In this document: positions 28,501 through 43,495 of the stretch, piece by piece
How positions within the stretch are numbered: the stretch's first letter is position 1
How the letters are laid out: the number at the start of each line of letters is the position of its first letter
Source of the DNA: Catajapyx aquilonaris
Taxonomy: Eukaryota
Assembly: GCA_000934665.2 (NCBI GenBank)
Contig: KZ538494.1
Location: 124,001-188,000 of the forward strand
Length of the DNA: 64,000 bases
Direction of reading: 5' to 3'
Made by a program: the position numbers and the translations under genes
Notes under the pieces: generated by a model
Database searches by the model: none
The model's input: only the letters and a program-made list of their open reading frames with translations
What the model was told of the DNA's origin: nothing

Positions 28501-31500
28501 AGAATTTTTGATCTCTCCGTCAGCGTCCCTAGAATGCTCATATTAACAAAGATGAAACATTGTGCCCTTACAAATAATAACAATTAATAACAATAATGCG
28601 AGGTGGATGGCGGGGAATGGGGTTGGAAAAGGAGGGGGTAGGAGGGATGGCTTCCTGCCTGTGTGACGAGCACTTCAGTTAGCTATAATGCAATATTAAG
28701 AGGCCAACTCAATGTCATTAAAATAATGGAGACGCCAAGTCTACCTAACTCAGTTATCAGATTTTGACCTCGGTTTTTCTCTCGCAGTCTCCAATCAAGT
28801 CAAAGGCTAGAGCTAAATAAATAAATGCCAACTCCTGAAAATACTGTGCTGCGAGTAATAACGAAAAAGTTATCTGAATTATACACTGAGCATAAGTCGT
28901 GGGAAAGGTCTTCAAAGAGTCCGACACTAAACAATAAATTGGTCGGCATTGGCTCAAAACATTGCTTCTCAGCCGGTGTAATGAGAATGCGATTCACTGA
29001 CATGAAAAATTCAGGACACAAAATGATACGAATATCACTGGGCATGGTAGTAATGTTGGGTTTTTTAAGACTACATCTTCCAGTAAAATCAGTCGAGAAC
29101 CTAACCAGAACATTAGCATATAATGAAAAGCAGCCAAATGAATTCCAGATTTTGCCTGGCTGTGAAACGTCCAAAACTAGACGTCCTCATCAGTAAGTCA
29201 GTGGAAAATCCTGCAGGATTGATGATTAGCGTTACGCAAGTTGGACTGCATGTTCAATTTTTCCCAATTCAGAGGCCTCCATTGAAACTAGTGTACCACC
29301 ACCGATCAGCGTGTTGCACTAATTACACAAAATGATCTTTCATTTCCAAGCTTTCAATCAGCAATTGCCACTTCCTGATGCCTTCATTAACAGCGCAATT
29401 AGGGTTGAATCGAGTCGACAACAATAAATATTCCTGGCAGAATATTTATATTGAATGCGACGCACTATACGAAGCGCAATTAATGGAATGTTTCCGGCCG
29501 TATGTAAATCCACGGGCAATTGGAATAATCATGTCGCTTGCATAGAGCTGGTAGAATAACTAATAGGTGGGTCGGTGTTGAATGAAGGCCCGCAATAATT
29601 CAGGTATGCGTGGGTGCGCAGTGGAGAAGCGGCGACAGAAGCGCATGGCAAATGACGAATTGTGCCCAACTGCAATCGAAGAGCTGCCTCTCTATCTCTG
29701 CCAACTAGAACAAAAGGCCCGGAAGCGCAATGTGCACTATTGCGCTCTATCCATTCACCAGTATAGGTGTAGCCACATTTGTCACTCTGCTTTCACCTGA
29801 CAAGCTTCAAGACCCCCCCACCCCCACCCCCTACCTCCACACTCCCTCTGCCCCCTCCCAAAAACCCCGGCCCTTTGCAAAGCTGAGGCAATTCGAACCG
29901 ATTCATAAATGAAACTGAACAATGGCCAATCCACACGATTAGCCAAACATTATTCCACGCGACTGATCAAGAATGACAGGGAGGCCTGTACTATGAAAAC
30001 ACAATACACGTGAATATCAAAGCTGGTATAATGAATTTTAAGCAGCTGGATCTGTCCGGGGTAATTAACAATCGACGCCTGCAATTGAATTAAATCACTT
30101 GAAGAATAATCGTGTCGCTTTCCTCTATTCAGCTCATAAAGTCACAATAAAGGCAGCCACCACTGGTTTCAATCGATGCATTATAGGCCTGCAACACTGT
30201 AAATGTACACTAATTTCCGGCTGCCATTGTAGCTCTCTGCCGCATACGCACTTCTATAAAGAGAATCGCATATCCTCTTTTTAATTATTACCTACAAAAT
30301 TAATGTTAATCTTTTTGAAACCAATGGACCTTTCCCGGTGCTAACAAGTGAACGAACACAAAACCAGAACAATAACCGCCATCAATAGCCATACATATTT
30401 CTCATTAAGCCACTTCAGCTAATAACATCGTGACAAACATAATACTGCACATAATGCATAAAACATTGTAGTAAAACATTCGTCAGTAAGGCTTATCTGT
30501 GTGAAAGACCTACCAAAAAGACCAAACATGAGGAATGGCCTTACAGCATTTAAAAGTGATGCTATATAATGAAGCGATTAAAGATCTACGAAAAGTGCAG
30601 CACCGCATAATCACAGTACAGAGGCACAACTTCCACACTTCACTGTGTAGTGCAAAATCCCATACTGTACAGATCTGCAATCAGCCACTCATCCTGACTG
30701 TTCAGAGCAACCTTGCATGCAGACCTGTATGTAAGATTACCTAAATTCCAGGATAAATCTGTATTCAAGCCCCTTCAACGGGTTTGCTGCATGAATTTAC
30801 GATACAATATAAAAATAAAAATAAATCCACTCAAGCATATTCTGTCAGTAACGCCACCCCGTTGCTCTAACATGATCCTATAATATTACTGCATAACAAA
30901 ATTGAGCTTTCATGTCCAAACACTGCTTACTGCGAAGCAAATCCGAGCCGAAAACAAAATCCTCATTTCGACCCCTCACACCCATGCAGCAGTCCCCCAC
31001 CGATTCAGGCAGGCTTCTGGATCAGGTAGAATAAACGGAACGTAAGGGGAGACGAACCTATCCAGTAGATCAAAAGAACAAAGATGGGAAATCACTAGGA
31101 CCTCTCCTACTTCCCCTCTCCAAAGCTATATGCCCAAAAATCCCGTCAGAAAACATACACATATGACAATATACTTCAAAAATAATTTCGGATCGGATTG
31201 AGACATGCACAAATAGATTATGCATAACAGTTAGGTTTAGTTATGTATTCAACACAGCACAACAAATGACCGTAGCAATTAATCCTGGTTAGGCTCAAAT
31301 TGTTACCATCTCCAATGCAATCCCCAGCATCATCCGTTCAGCTGCAGGCTACATCACCCATCGATCACTCTTAGAAAAGTGCCACCAATTAATCAATCTA
31401 TCGATGCCAATCTGCCTGGTCCCTAATTCACCATGTCGCCCTGCTCTGGAGAGCTTCGGAGTAAAACCTCCCAGCGCTCCTTCCGAATTACGTCTCCATT

Positions 31501-34193
31501 TTCCCCGTAAGTTAAGAACACGGGTGTTGTCTTAAAAAGAAAAAGAGTCGACGCCTCCGAGGCTAATTATTTCCACACGTAATGGCTCCGAAATTATTAG
31601 TATACAGTTTATACGACGGGTAAGCAGAGAAAGTCGATAAGACGGGACTATATGTAATCTAGAGAGAGAGCGCGAATTAGGTTTAAGACTACATGAGGCG
31701 TATCCTACATAGGAAAGAACAAATTCAGTAGTTAATTGCACAACTTTGAAAATCTATACGAAATACAGTAGTCCAACTATCACTCTAATAATAAAAAACG
31801 TCATTGATACGTTGAAATTACAGTATTTTTCGTCCAATTATCGCTTGATCAAATTTCCGAAAACATTAAATGGAGGCCAGTATATTTCAGAATATAATAC
31901 CAAACCGCGCTATTCAATCACCTAACTACAGATTATGTGCAGGTATGTTACGCCGCATAATGTATAGCCTGTAGTAGAGCTCCGCATATTCAACTAACCA
32001 GCAACTTTCCAGCCTCTTTAGTGTACAAAACGAGCAAACTTGAAATAATGGCGGGGGGGAAATCAAATCCCAAAAACTGCGCATAAGTGAAGGGCACATG
32101 GACAAAAGTCCCAGATGACGACTTTGGAAGCAAGTTGAGAAAAAGGGTGGAAAAATGCGGTATTATTGGGTAGAAGTTTCGCCGTTGAAGCAAGCTGCCG
32201 GATCGTTTATTAGCAGAGACTGGGAAGCTCCAACTAAAAGCGGGGAGTTGGGAGGATATAATACAAGTGGGCTTGGAATGAAGCGAGTTGGCGCACTAAA
32301 TGGCTTCTCAAAAGAGTTATTGTAACGCTCCAGCCGCTTTATGGCCTGCCTTTATGAGACTATGATCCCTACACCAACACCCCCCTCCCCTAGATATCCT
32401 CCACCCCCACCCCTCTTTTTGGCCCCAACTGCTGCCTAGTCGAAAACGTTAGCCACAGCGTGATGCGTCATCGCGTAACCAAAATATAGACAAAATCCCT
32501 GACAAGCCAAAAAAAAAACTTAGTCTGGCAATTACTTTTTTGCGTGCTAAATTACTTTCGCAACCAGATTATTAATGTTCAGGGCTAATTAACAGCCGAA
32601 AAGAGTCACGTTGGCAACGCCCAAATCGGTTAAGTATATTTAATTATCTGATATACATTGTTAACCTGCAATTTTATCCGTACGGCTCATCCTGTATGCA
32701 GTGTTTAAGTGCAGCAATATTGCTCATTTTAGGTTGTCATGCAAATTAAAGTAGGAAAATCAAGTAATCCCGCCATAATCCCGCAAATAGTCACGGTAAG
32801 CTATGTAATTAAAATTATCTGCAAAGGTTGAGGTGAAAGTCGATGAGCAGAAATCTGGTTGGTAAGTTTCTACAACGAAAGCCAGGTCTCAGGTGTTCAG
32901 CCGTCGGTTTATTGTTATTATAATTGTTTGAAAAAATATTAGTCAGCAATAAAAATTGGGATAAACCCTCCATAAAAGATGTCCCTTCTGTAGCGCAACT
33001 AGACCTGTAATTTCTATTGACATAGGAGTACTCCTGCAGAAAATTAATCACACGAATGAAAATAGTCCGCAATAATTCTCAAAATACATTTTCAAAATTC
33101 TTACACGCAATCGACCCTTTAGGGGTAACGCATATCCGATGGCACTCATAGCAGGCTAGTATTGTGCTTATAATGTTTTATTTGAGACGTCACTGTTTGT
33201 TGTCAATGCGTGTGGCATATTTCTGAGTCTATATTATTCGACTCCACTGCTATTCCATTTATAAAGTACTTGTTTTGTTTTTAACGCGCGATATGGTCAT
33301 ATGTGTAAACTAGACTTTAACTATAAAATTCTCCTATCAAACTGTTTCAATGAAGTTTTAAAGTTACTACACAATGTTAAGAATATTCCCATATGATAAT
33401 TTATCGGTCGCAATGTCTCAAAATCATATCCCTTCTCCATTGGACCCCTATTGTTCTCTGTCAGCTATTGTTCCTTACTTGACAGCGTTCCTCATGTTTC
33501 TCCTTCCCCTTCTGGCCCCAACCCCTACTCTCATAGTCTCTCAGCAATCCTCCTATCCCCCTATTTCCCTTCCTCTCTCTAGAGGCGGACGAAATGTCAG
33601 AGTGGGACAACGAAAGGCCCTTCACCATGCATCTAAAAAATGCCACTACCCAATGTTTCCTACTCCCCATTTCTGTCCTATAGACCCATAGACTGGAGCA
33701 GGCATCTGGGCAGGGTACACCAAGCTGCCAAAATGAACAAGCATACTTCAGATGCGTTGTTATGGAGACAAGTGAAGTCCAGAATATATTTTACTTCCCA
33801 GCCAAAAATTCCGCGTGGTCTCACCGTATAGCCCAAAATAAGAGCAGCGTTAGCCATCCCCCTTTTTCTGTAACTAGCCCGAACTATCAGCGCCATCAGC
33901 AAGTAATTCCGACTGTGAATATCAGGTTGGAGTGAAGGTCCGGTTGCAGAAATTTGTGTTGGGACCAGAGCATACGTGAAGGGATGAAGAGCAGCGGAGA
34001 AAGAAGAGAGGGTGCGGGGGGTCAATCCCAATTCCCGTGTGGAGCAAAAAGCGTAATCTGCGGCGGCGGGCAGATTAGGCGCATTAGAATTCGCGGCGGC
34101 AAGGCCAGCCAATCACCTCCAGGCGCCGATAAGGCCCATTTGGAATATCCTCCCCCGCCCCACGCGTCACGACCCACACACTCCGGGGAAAGA

Positions 34194-34213
34194 GGGTAGG
34201 GCGGGCGGGTGGG
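34194..34213 (+). other. Canonical G-quadruplex-forming sequence
   Basis: GGGTAGGGCGGGCGGGTGGG: five G3 tracts with 1-2 nt loops. Confidence 0.7.
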
Positions 34214-37200
34214 AAGGCGGACGAATAAGGGAGGGAGCCGGAGAGTTTACCCTAAGAGCGCATATAAATCCTACGGGTGCATTTGACTGGGCGGAGTCCA
34301 TTCGCTCTAAATCCCTTTCACCTCAACTTCGTTGGGACGAAAGGAGAGAGGGAGGAGGGGGAGAAAAAAAGAGAAGAAGGCTTTACGAGCCACGGTTAGT
34401 TTTCTCCAGCACCAAATACCATCCTGCCATTGACCAAAATTGCTTCCCATTAAACTGACTCTAACTCTACCTAATCCTTGCTTCGCACTTATCTCCTAAC
34501 ATTTCTGCAGAGGAACGCAGTGGTGATGTCCTTTCCACATCCAAAATGATCATGCTGCACGTGAAACGCTCGTCCAAAGAAAGGAGTCGTTTATCATCTG
34601 AATGAGCCGGGTAATCGAAACCCGCGTTCTGCTTATCATGTTACAATCGAGTTACATGACCCGACGCATATATCACCATTATCAATGCAATTAGCAATAC
34701 CATTCACAGGAGGGTTACATTCCATTGCCCACACATAGCATCAGCTCAGCGTTGTGCACCAACATTCAAATGGCCTTCCATTATAGAATCGGTCTCTTTC
34801 AACGTGAAAAATCATCTTCCTGATCCGAAGATCGAACTCAATACCTCACATATGACGTAAACCACTACTTCATCAATCAGCTCCTATAGTCAGTCGTCAA
34901 TTTCACGCACCTGCGGGTTTTATAACCAATCTTCAAAAATAATTCTCAAATTTACATCAAATTTCGTGCAGTTGTTAAACAAAGCCTGTCAAATTTTTCT
35001 CTTTCCATGCACAGGCGCAAAATTATAGGAAACTCCTTCCAGCACTATACCCTCACGCCTTATGCATGATTTCGGCATACACTTTGGTGATGATATTATG
35101 GGAGCAAATTTTACGCTTGGCTAAGTGAGGCCACACTTCAGACAACAAAATACTTGTGGAGACAAAAAATTCTGCAGGCAGACGAGGTGGTACAAGATGA
35201 AATGAGCAGGGTGCAGGAAGGGGGTGGGAGTGAGAGTGGGGGGGAAAAAAACCTCTCGTCCTCCATCCCCGGCCCAGCATGCTCCACCTGCTGCTGCGCC
35301 AAAGTTGGACCATTCTTTCCGAGAGATTAAGCCGCTCCTAATGTTATTGGAGCGCGCCAATGAGCCCGGCCTAACTGCCGCTATCCGCAACGCTCCTTTG
35401 CCACCCAGCCCACAAATTCCTCTCCCCACCTTTTGTCCGTCGCAACGGAAGCCCCCACAACCACCATCACCCTTTCGAACCAGTTTCAGTTAGCCCGCCA
35501 GCACACAACACTGCCCTCGGGTTTTGCATGCTTAAGAAGTGAAATGCCTTCCAACTATCTTCGTGGCAACCATTTCCTAATACAGTGCAACTTGTCTGCG
35601 AAGAAATCACTCTGTTCTCCAAAGTGGTCCGCACTGAACAGGATTCCATTATATGCGAAAGCATTACATTAATACATTGTAAATCGTACCTATAGTCAAA
35701 ACTAGAATTTTTCAAATGTATAAAGATGTCATGTCCGAACTACACTTACCTACAATGAAAGTATCGCCCCTTGCTTCTCTCCAGCCAATCATGTGCAACT
35801 AGGCACCAACTTGCCAAAATCTGACAAAAAATTTGGTGAAAGTGCGCACCAGGCAGCGACATCCGACGGTGAAGTGCAAAAGTAAGCGATTCGCCACCCA
35901 GGAGGTGGCGCCCGAAACGGCGGAAATAGGAATTACGTGGAACGGCCGCAATTGGCTTTTATTTGCGTTTTTTAAGTTTCACAATGTCCCTCGACACCGT
36001 TTCAAAAAAAGGTTTGCAAATACGTATATAAAACACGGGCAAAATGGACACCACTCCCAAAGCTGTAGGCCGTACGTTGCGGGAGGAGTTGCCATGACAG
36101 TCGGCTTTTAATAATATAGATTCAATTCAATTCAATAATAGATTTAATCGTTGCGAAACACTACTTTTTAACAATCCAGAGTGTAAATGTAGAAAATCTA
36201 TATCGGTATGTAGTGAATATGATACTTTACACAATGAAAGTATGAGAATACAAGCATTTGACAATCCCCATTCAAATCACTGTTTGCAAAAATTAGGTGT
36301 TGCAATAAAAAGGTCCTCGCATCATATAAGTGCGATTTATTTTAATACACGACGTATGGTTTGATGGCTTATTCGTACGAAAGAAAATGCACGCTACATT
36401 TTCATGCTTCCTTCTGCCGCCGAAGCTTAAGGCAAGATTAATGAGCGTTTCACCTTAATCAAGCAAAATTTCAATTAGGAGCAACTTTCTGCCCCTATAA
36501 ATTATCACGTACAAGTCTATAAGAATATCACAATATCAAGTTGAATTTTGCTCCCCGAGGCTCGCCGACTTCAACGTGCAGCATAGTTCACTCCTAACCC
36601 CAGCGCAGTGCGTGAAGGAGAGAGCTTCGGTATTCCCGAGGAGAAGTTTCTTTCCAAATTCTGCTGATGTAAGTTTCTTCGTTACAGTAACCCCGCGGCC
36701 TCTGGAAGCCTGATAAGACGAGCTCTATGCCCAGCCATCAGCAGTTGCAAGACACTCGTGCCTTCGGAATTCCCCAGTCTTCATAGGTACGAAATCCAGC
36801 ACTATTCTTGACGAACATCAGGGATTACCTGAGGTATGAATATTACTTTTAAATGATTCGTCTTTATAAATCGGCATACACTTATTTGGCAAGAGATATC
36901 ACAGTATTATTAAAACATTACATTTGCTTAGTTGTATTGTAAAATTAAGTACGAAGTATCTTTCTGTACATATCGTGTTTTAATTTGAGAGGAATTTACC
37001 TCGATAATGTGCTCTTACGGGCTAGACACACTAAAAGAAAATAATATTCAAGTATGTGTGAAACAAGTACCCTCCCATGGATGGGGTGAATTTTCAAAGA
37101 CTGCAACATGACTCATATAATTATATTATTATTATAATATATTGCAATCTCGTTTGTGTAAGGTTTTATGCGATATTTTGTCCCTGTTATCATGTAAGAA

Positions 37201-40200
37201 ATTTTACAATAAAAGGAGGGCGAGAGGGTTCCCCTCCACGGCTTCAAAGAAACTTTCCCTTACGTGAAAGGTCGTACGAAATTTATGGCCTCTAACATGA
37301 GTAAGTTATAACACCAATAACTGAGGTAATATTATCCTCATTGTGTCCTTCCGGTTGCATTAGATCAGCGTTTTGGAGCCTGCAGACGTAGAATCACAAT
37401 TAAAACTCATTTCGCTTTGACAATGCGCTGTGGATCCAACACACCGTAATATAATAGAGAACAGTTCCGTAGAGTTCTCTACAGTAGTTACTAATCTATT
37501 GGAAGCACTTGTACATTCGTAACCGACAGTGCAGTACATCACACCGTTTTAAGTTGTTCTTGAGCCATATTTTCCGAGGAAATAAATGGCCCAACCAGAT
37601 TACTGCATGTGAGTGGGTGCAGGGGCTTGCTTTCGCCCATCTTTAGAGAATTCCTGGCTAAATCCTAATATCGACTTACTTCCCCACCCCTAATATATCT
37701 CCCTCCATTTTCCCTTCTCATCTGCAACACTTATGAACAAAATAATGGGAAATAGGGAGAGGGGGTCCTCATCACTTATGTCTCAGCAGTATCATGGAGC
37801 ACAATATTGTCCCATTTGACTTAGTCCTACCATTACCAATGAGTCACGTCGGCCAGCCAAGAACCAACGCGACGCGACGTAACAAACGTGCATCATTAGT
37901 AGCCTGAGTAAAAATTACAATAATACCACAGCACACAAAGGACCCCCCAATGCGAATTACTCTGGCAAAATTGCAATGCCCGATAGTCCCGATTTCGACC
38001 CATCCAAAATATAAAGTACTGACATTGTGGTATTCCTCAACTACTCTTTAAAAACGGATTAGCAATGACAGCATGTAAAAGAGGCATTTAAGTTATTACT
38101 TACACAAAACCTAGAGTGCAACATGCACAATGGCAGAAAAACATGTAACACCGCATGATACGAAAACCGCTGCTCAGAAACTTTTCTTGAGCAGTTACTT
38201 CAACTGAGAAAGGACGTTCACCCTTCCAGTGTTATTGCCCAACCGGGAATTGGACAACGGTTTTGACGTAATACCAACAAAAGAACGGGATAAAAGAGAC
38301 ATGGCCTCAGAGTGTGCCATAAAATCCAGCATTGTTATTTTAGGGATGAAATTTTGAATGAACAGGATGCACAAACTTTTACAAAACGAGGGGAATATAG
38401 CTCGCTTGCAGATGTTGCTTATACCACCACAAATAATTCGCGCAATCCAACACAGTCGACGCCCCAAGCCAACTCCTCGGTTTATTGCCTAATATACGGT
38501 CATCCTAGCGCACTGTAAATTAAACAGTTTGTGAGGGCCTAACTAGGTCACGGCATTACTGGTCAGCATATTTCTGATTCACGTACCGTAGCCTGCTCTA
38601 ATCTTCTTGGATTTAAACAGATAAGTGGCACGAAAGTTAAGTTAGCCGCATCCTCTGAATAGCCGCTTTAAAATAACAAGCTGGCAAGGACCAACCGTAG
38701 AGATGCAGTTTAATTTATATTAAATGGCGCTCTTTATGTTGAACCAGTGAAATATCAAAAATTAGACCCCCACATGAGTGACGTCTTATAGATCAGGCTG
38801 GTTTTGAAGGTTTGTTTTTCGCAACTTATACATCTTGTGAGAGGCGGCCGTGAATAGAGTTCACTTGTTGGTTGTGGCATGCAGCATGAGTACAAGGTGG
38901 CAACCACGTAGTCCTCCCACTCCCCGCTTCTTTATTCCCCCCTGACTCACCCTGCACCCCCTTCCCCACCTGCCATCTCCAACAAGAGCTGTCAGGTTCC
39001 ATCGACAGCGCACAGGCGGCGCCGCCAAATGGAACGTCGCCCAGCATTTACCCAAGCCAACTTCCCCTTGCCTAAGCCCCGTCGACTGGGATTACAGACA
39101 CGTGGGTATAGGCTGGGGATCATATCACACCCTTCTTCCTCAACACACAAACGCTCAGCCTTCCCCCACCGAACCCTCCCTTTTCTAAAAAAAAGGCTGC
39201 CTCCTGTTCATTAAGAACAAAGGTTGTTCATTTTTTTTTCCTGAACTAGAGATCAATGTTACGCACTGCAATTTGACGAGCTACCAGCACATCAGCGTGC
39301 TAATTCGTCCTGGACGAATCCTGTCAAACAATTCTGGCCAAAAAAATTAGTGCCTGTACCATGCGTGGCAGTTGCACAAAACATCAAGCTGTGCCGGGTC
39401 AGTCATACATGGGCGGACTGGGGGGAAAATCACTGACCATCTCACTAATGTGTCGTGAGAAAAGTTGCGCTGTACATGGTGTTCCGCGAAGAACCATAAA
39501 AAATTAGGTTTACCCCCCAAAACTGCCATATGATAAACTGAAACTAGCATCAATAAGCAGTACAAACAATTTGTACCCATCTTTTGGAAACACCCTATCT
39601 GCAAATGCAGTACAATTCCGATAGAGCCCATTAAAACCTAAAGGAAGCATAAACCACCCGCTTTTGAAAGGAGATAATTCATCTCATCCAGCACCATAAT
39701 TGCCGTTTTAAATTGTCAGAAACCATTTGGGTACAATCAACGTATAACAATAATCCCCACAGCGTGAAGAAGCTGTCACTTCCGCAGTGAAAAATACTCA
39801 AGTGCACAGAACCAAATCATAATTCGTATATTTACTCTCCCGTCATAATTGGCGGGAATAACGGTGCAACGTGGAGATTTTTTTGCACCAAAAAAAGAGC
39901 AACAGATTCCAGTTCCCATCCATCCTTACCAACGAACCAACTAGGGGAGCAGTTTTCCGGGAGATGGGTCTGAAAAATGCGGGGTGGGGCGCCCCGGATG
40001 TGGGCTTAATTAGAGGTTGCAGAATTTTAATGCGTGGGTGCTCCAATGTTCCCCACGCCCTTCTGTCAATATCGCAGACTCATCTGGCTAAAAACGTTTA
40101 GCGCAAAAAAAAAAGTGGACATGTTTGGTCAGCTTCAAAAAATTTCTACTGTAAACAGTTGCAGCCTACTTAATATAAATTCAACGATCATGAGGTAGTA

Positions 40201-41475
40201 CACTCAGAACTAGTGAATTCTAGCACAAGTAGGTCCCTCAGCGGCTCCTAAAATCTATATTACGTCAATATTACCTGCCATTCAAATATCGTATACCGGT
40301 AATCAAAATATTCACGTTCGCATCATAACCCATAATCTGTTACTTCAAGTTCAACTACAGGTGCAAGATAATGCTAGTTTATGGTACGGACAATATCTAA
40401 GGGCAAGCCATAAAATATAGCCAATAAAACTCTTCTTCCATCCTCTCATGGTTACCAATTCAATTTTCTTAATGGCCAAGACAAGAACTTCAGAGCTCCC
40501 CCGCGACAAAAGTTTAAAACTCCCATAAGGAACGTGTCCTCACTGTATCTCATTTATGTAAGCTACAGGCCGTTCATTTTGGTCACTTCTGTTCTGCGGA
40601 TAAACATTAGAGTAGCACCGTTATTTTTTTAAAGTTGAAGCAACAGATCACCTCGTATTTATGTAAAAATTCTTGTTCAGTTGAACATACTAATTATTGA
40701 TCATCTAACTCACCCCTTCATAAAGCAACTCACATGAGCTAACATAGCACACCAGTTGTATAATTTTGTTACTGTTTCGCACCAAGATGTGCATGTACGA
40801 ACCTTAATTGGAGGCTACATTATTAATCACCATATTGACAGAATCTCTAACAAAGCAAATCCTAATGAAATGCTCAGATGCATAAGCGGGTGTTATAAGA
40901 ACAACTGAGTAACTTACAGATATTAATCATGTCCAGTAATTCTGGAATGTAATAGTTTACCAGGCCCATAATGCCCCTGCCAACAGGTTACACGTTGAAC
41001 AAGAGAAGAGCATGGGTTGCCTACGAGTCAGGATAAAAGAAGGCTTCTCTTTTTAGCTTAGCGCTAGAGACTATCGGCTGTATGGCAAATTGACAAAGAT
41101 GGTGAATATTCGATGAGAATATGATCATTTCCTACTCTGGCGTTCTGTGGTTGGTTCCTCTTCATTTATGATGTGCAGTAATTAGTTTTAATCAGAATGT
41201 AGGTTATGTCACATCCCTTTCACACTGGTCTTCTTTCTATACTTCACTTTGACAGGCTATATCTGACGTACTCCCAGTTTATTAAAACTTCCTGGGAATG
41301 TTTAAATTTTTAATTAGGTTAGGCCATAGATCAAAGGGTTTCGTAACCTGCCATGTGCTGGACTGAGTTTTAAGTCCATTATGTTAGTAACGTGAACATA
41401 AAATGACAACGTAGTGTAAATAATTCAGCCCGTAGAGCTCTGTCTGTTTGGTTAAGAATATAGGCCTATCCTGTA

Positions 41476-41478
<3 letters not shown>

Positions 41479-41528
<50 letters not shown>
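41479..41528. repeat. (TC)25 microsatellite
   Basis: Perfect dinucleotide run read directly; it is (GA)n on the minus strand. Confidence 0.98.
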
Positions 41529-41533
<5 letters not shown>

Positions 41534-43311
41534 AAGGAAAAAAAAAGCTGGCTTAGAGGTGATACCTCTCATCATGTTAATCTGGAAACAAAAATTATTT
41601 CGCGCTCAGAGTCAGCGTCACTGGGAGCGTAAAGCCATGGTGTAAAGCCAAGTAGCTTCACTCCTCCGTGAAAAGTTTTGATGGAAATAGTTTCTTAAGC
41701 GGAAATACCAACATCAAACCCATCCTTGGCACAAAAAGGGCAGCATTTACTGAGATAGGATACACGATGTGATACCTTCCCGGAAACTCCACTGCATCTA
41801 AACTTAGGCGTCGTCTCTGTCGCCACCTCTAATCTTTAACATTCGTCGTCGTTATCTGCCGCCAAGGAATCGCCTTATACCGCAGCTTGTACAGTATCCC
41901 ACCTTTACTTCTGACATGTCACCTCGTGCAGCACTAACTTGACACTGCAGGGTGCGCTTTCTACGGAAATTGACTTCCGAGCAAACCGTCACATTTTTTA
42001 GTCCGCCTCAACCCGCAGGGAAATTTTACACAGCACTAAAATAATAGAAAACAATGGGAGAGCGCCGGTATCAATAATGCCTTCGAAGGCGAGGGGCAGT
42101 CATTCTGAATCTCCAGTTACCATGAGGTAGCTATTTAGGCCGAAATACAGGGGGCGGTGTTGCCAAGCCTTCTGTCAAGTGCGGCATGAATGCCAAAACT
42201 TTGGCGGTTCACGTCAGCGGAAGATGAATGGATGGAGCAAGATGACGAAGCGGCGTAATAAAGCCCGGGACGGGACATAAGCCGGGCTTTAGGCCGGGTT
42301 CCGCGGAGCCCTTTTATCCCAAATGCCTGCGCCCACTCTTAATTGGACAGCCGGGACCGCCTTGGGATCCCGCCTAACCAATCTTTATGGCGCTTTGTGG
42401 AGGGGAATCCGAACCCCCCTTGCTACGAATTAAATCTATTCCCTAGTCCGGCCCACAAATCCCCCACCACAAATATCTTTTCATTCCCCAACGACACGTA
42501 TTGCTCTATTTGCCACCCGGTCACTGGGAGAGGGAAAATAAAACCCGGGACCTCTGTACCGTACAATACAGCAGATTGAGAATCTAGCAGATGGCACAGC
42601 GCCGTGTCCCGGAGTCTCATCTGGTCTTAGTTCCGGATTCTCCCCGGATAAACACATCAGGAACTGAGCCTGCAAGTAAAAACCTTTCGCTTCCAATACT
42701 CTCCCTTCCGAAGAATGCCTTACCAGATGTTTTTCCTCAACCTTCTCCTTACCGGCTTTATTAGACACACAGTCTTCTCCCCCACCACCAAATTCTTGTG
42801 TCTTAAAACAATCGCATTATATGTGCTTCCATATCTTTTGAAATATAATAATGCAGTGAACCGGCAGTGCCATTCATTCCCGCAATTTCGCAGTACGTGC
42901 AAGTACCCGGTAAACATGTGGCGTCACTTCGCAGAAATCCTAGCAATGCGTGTGTGTCGGGAAAGAATGTAGGTGACGGGGACAAAAGGGCGCCACTTGG
43001 ATCCGAGAGGGAATAAAAGCACTTTCCGTGCAACTCCCCAACACCCATGGATCCCAAGCTCGCGTTCCGACACAGGGTTTTTCGCCTTTTGTACCGGAAT
43101 CACGAAGCGAAAGAGGCAAGCAGGCCGATTCGCCAGAAATCGGTCGCATCAAAACGGAACACACACGACACTGTTTCCAGCACTACCAATAATAATAATA
43201 AGCCAGGTGGGGGCACCCTCCCTCTTTTGAATCTCGCCACAAAAAAAAAAAATACACACGAGTTGAACCCCCATTATGAGATTTTCATGCCACATTTTTT
43301 TTTTCTCTCTC

Positions 43312-43495
43312 NNNNNNNNNNNNNNNNNNNNNNNNNNNNNNNNNNNNNNNNNNNNNNNNNNNNNNNNNNNNNNNNNNNNNNNNNNNNNNNNNNNNNNNNN
43401 NNNNNNNNNNNNNNNNNNNNNNNNNNNNNNNNNNNNNNNNNNNNNNNNNNNNNNNNNNNNNNNNNNNNNNNNNNNNNNNNNNNNNNNNNNNNNNN
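43312..43495. other. Scaffold gap (184 N)
   Basis: N run between a T/(TC) tract and a G12 tract. ORFs crossing it are artefacts. Confidence 0.99.

Noticed and set aside
29160..29195. Minus-strand CTGATGA followed by an 8-bp stem (hammerhead/Penelope-like)
   Set aside because: The required GAAA after stem II is absent (reads TCAC), and no stems I/III were found.
41314..41323. TTAGGTTAGG (insect telomeric repeat x2); also AACCTAACC at 29098 and TTAGGTTAG at 63652
   Set aside because: Matches of 9-10 nt are expected by chance, and no telomerase-RNA context or array is present.
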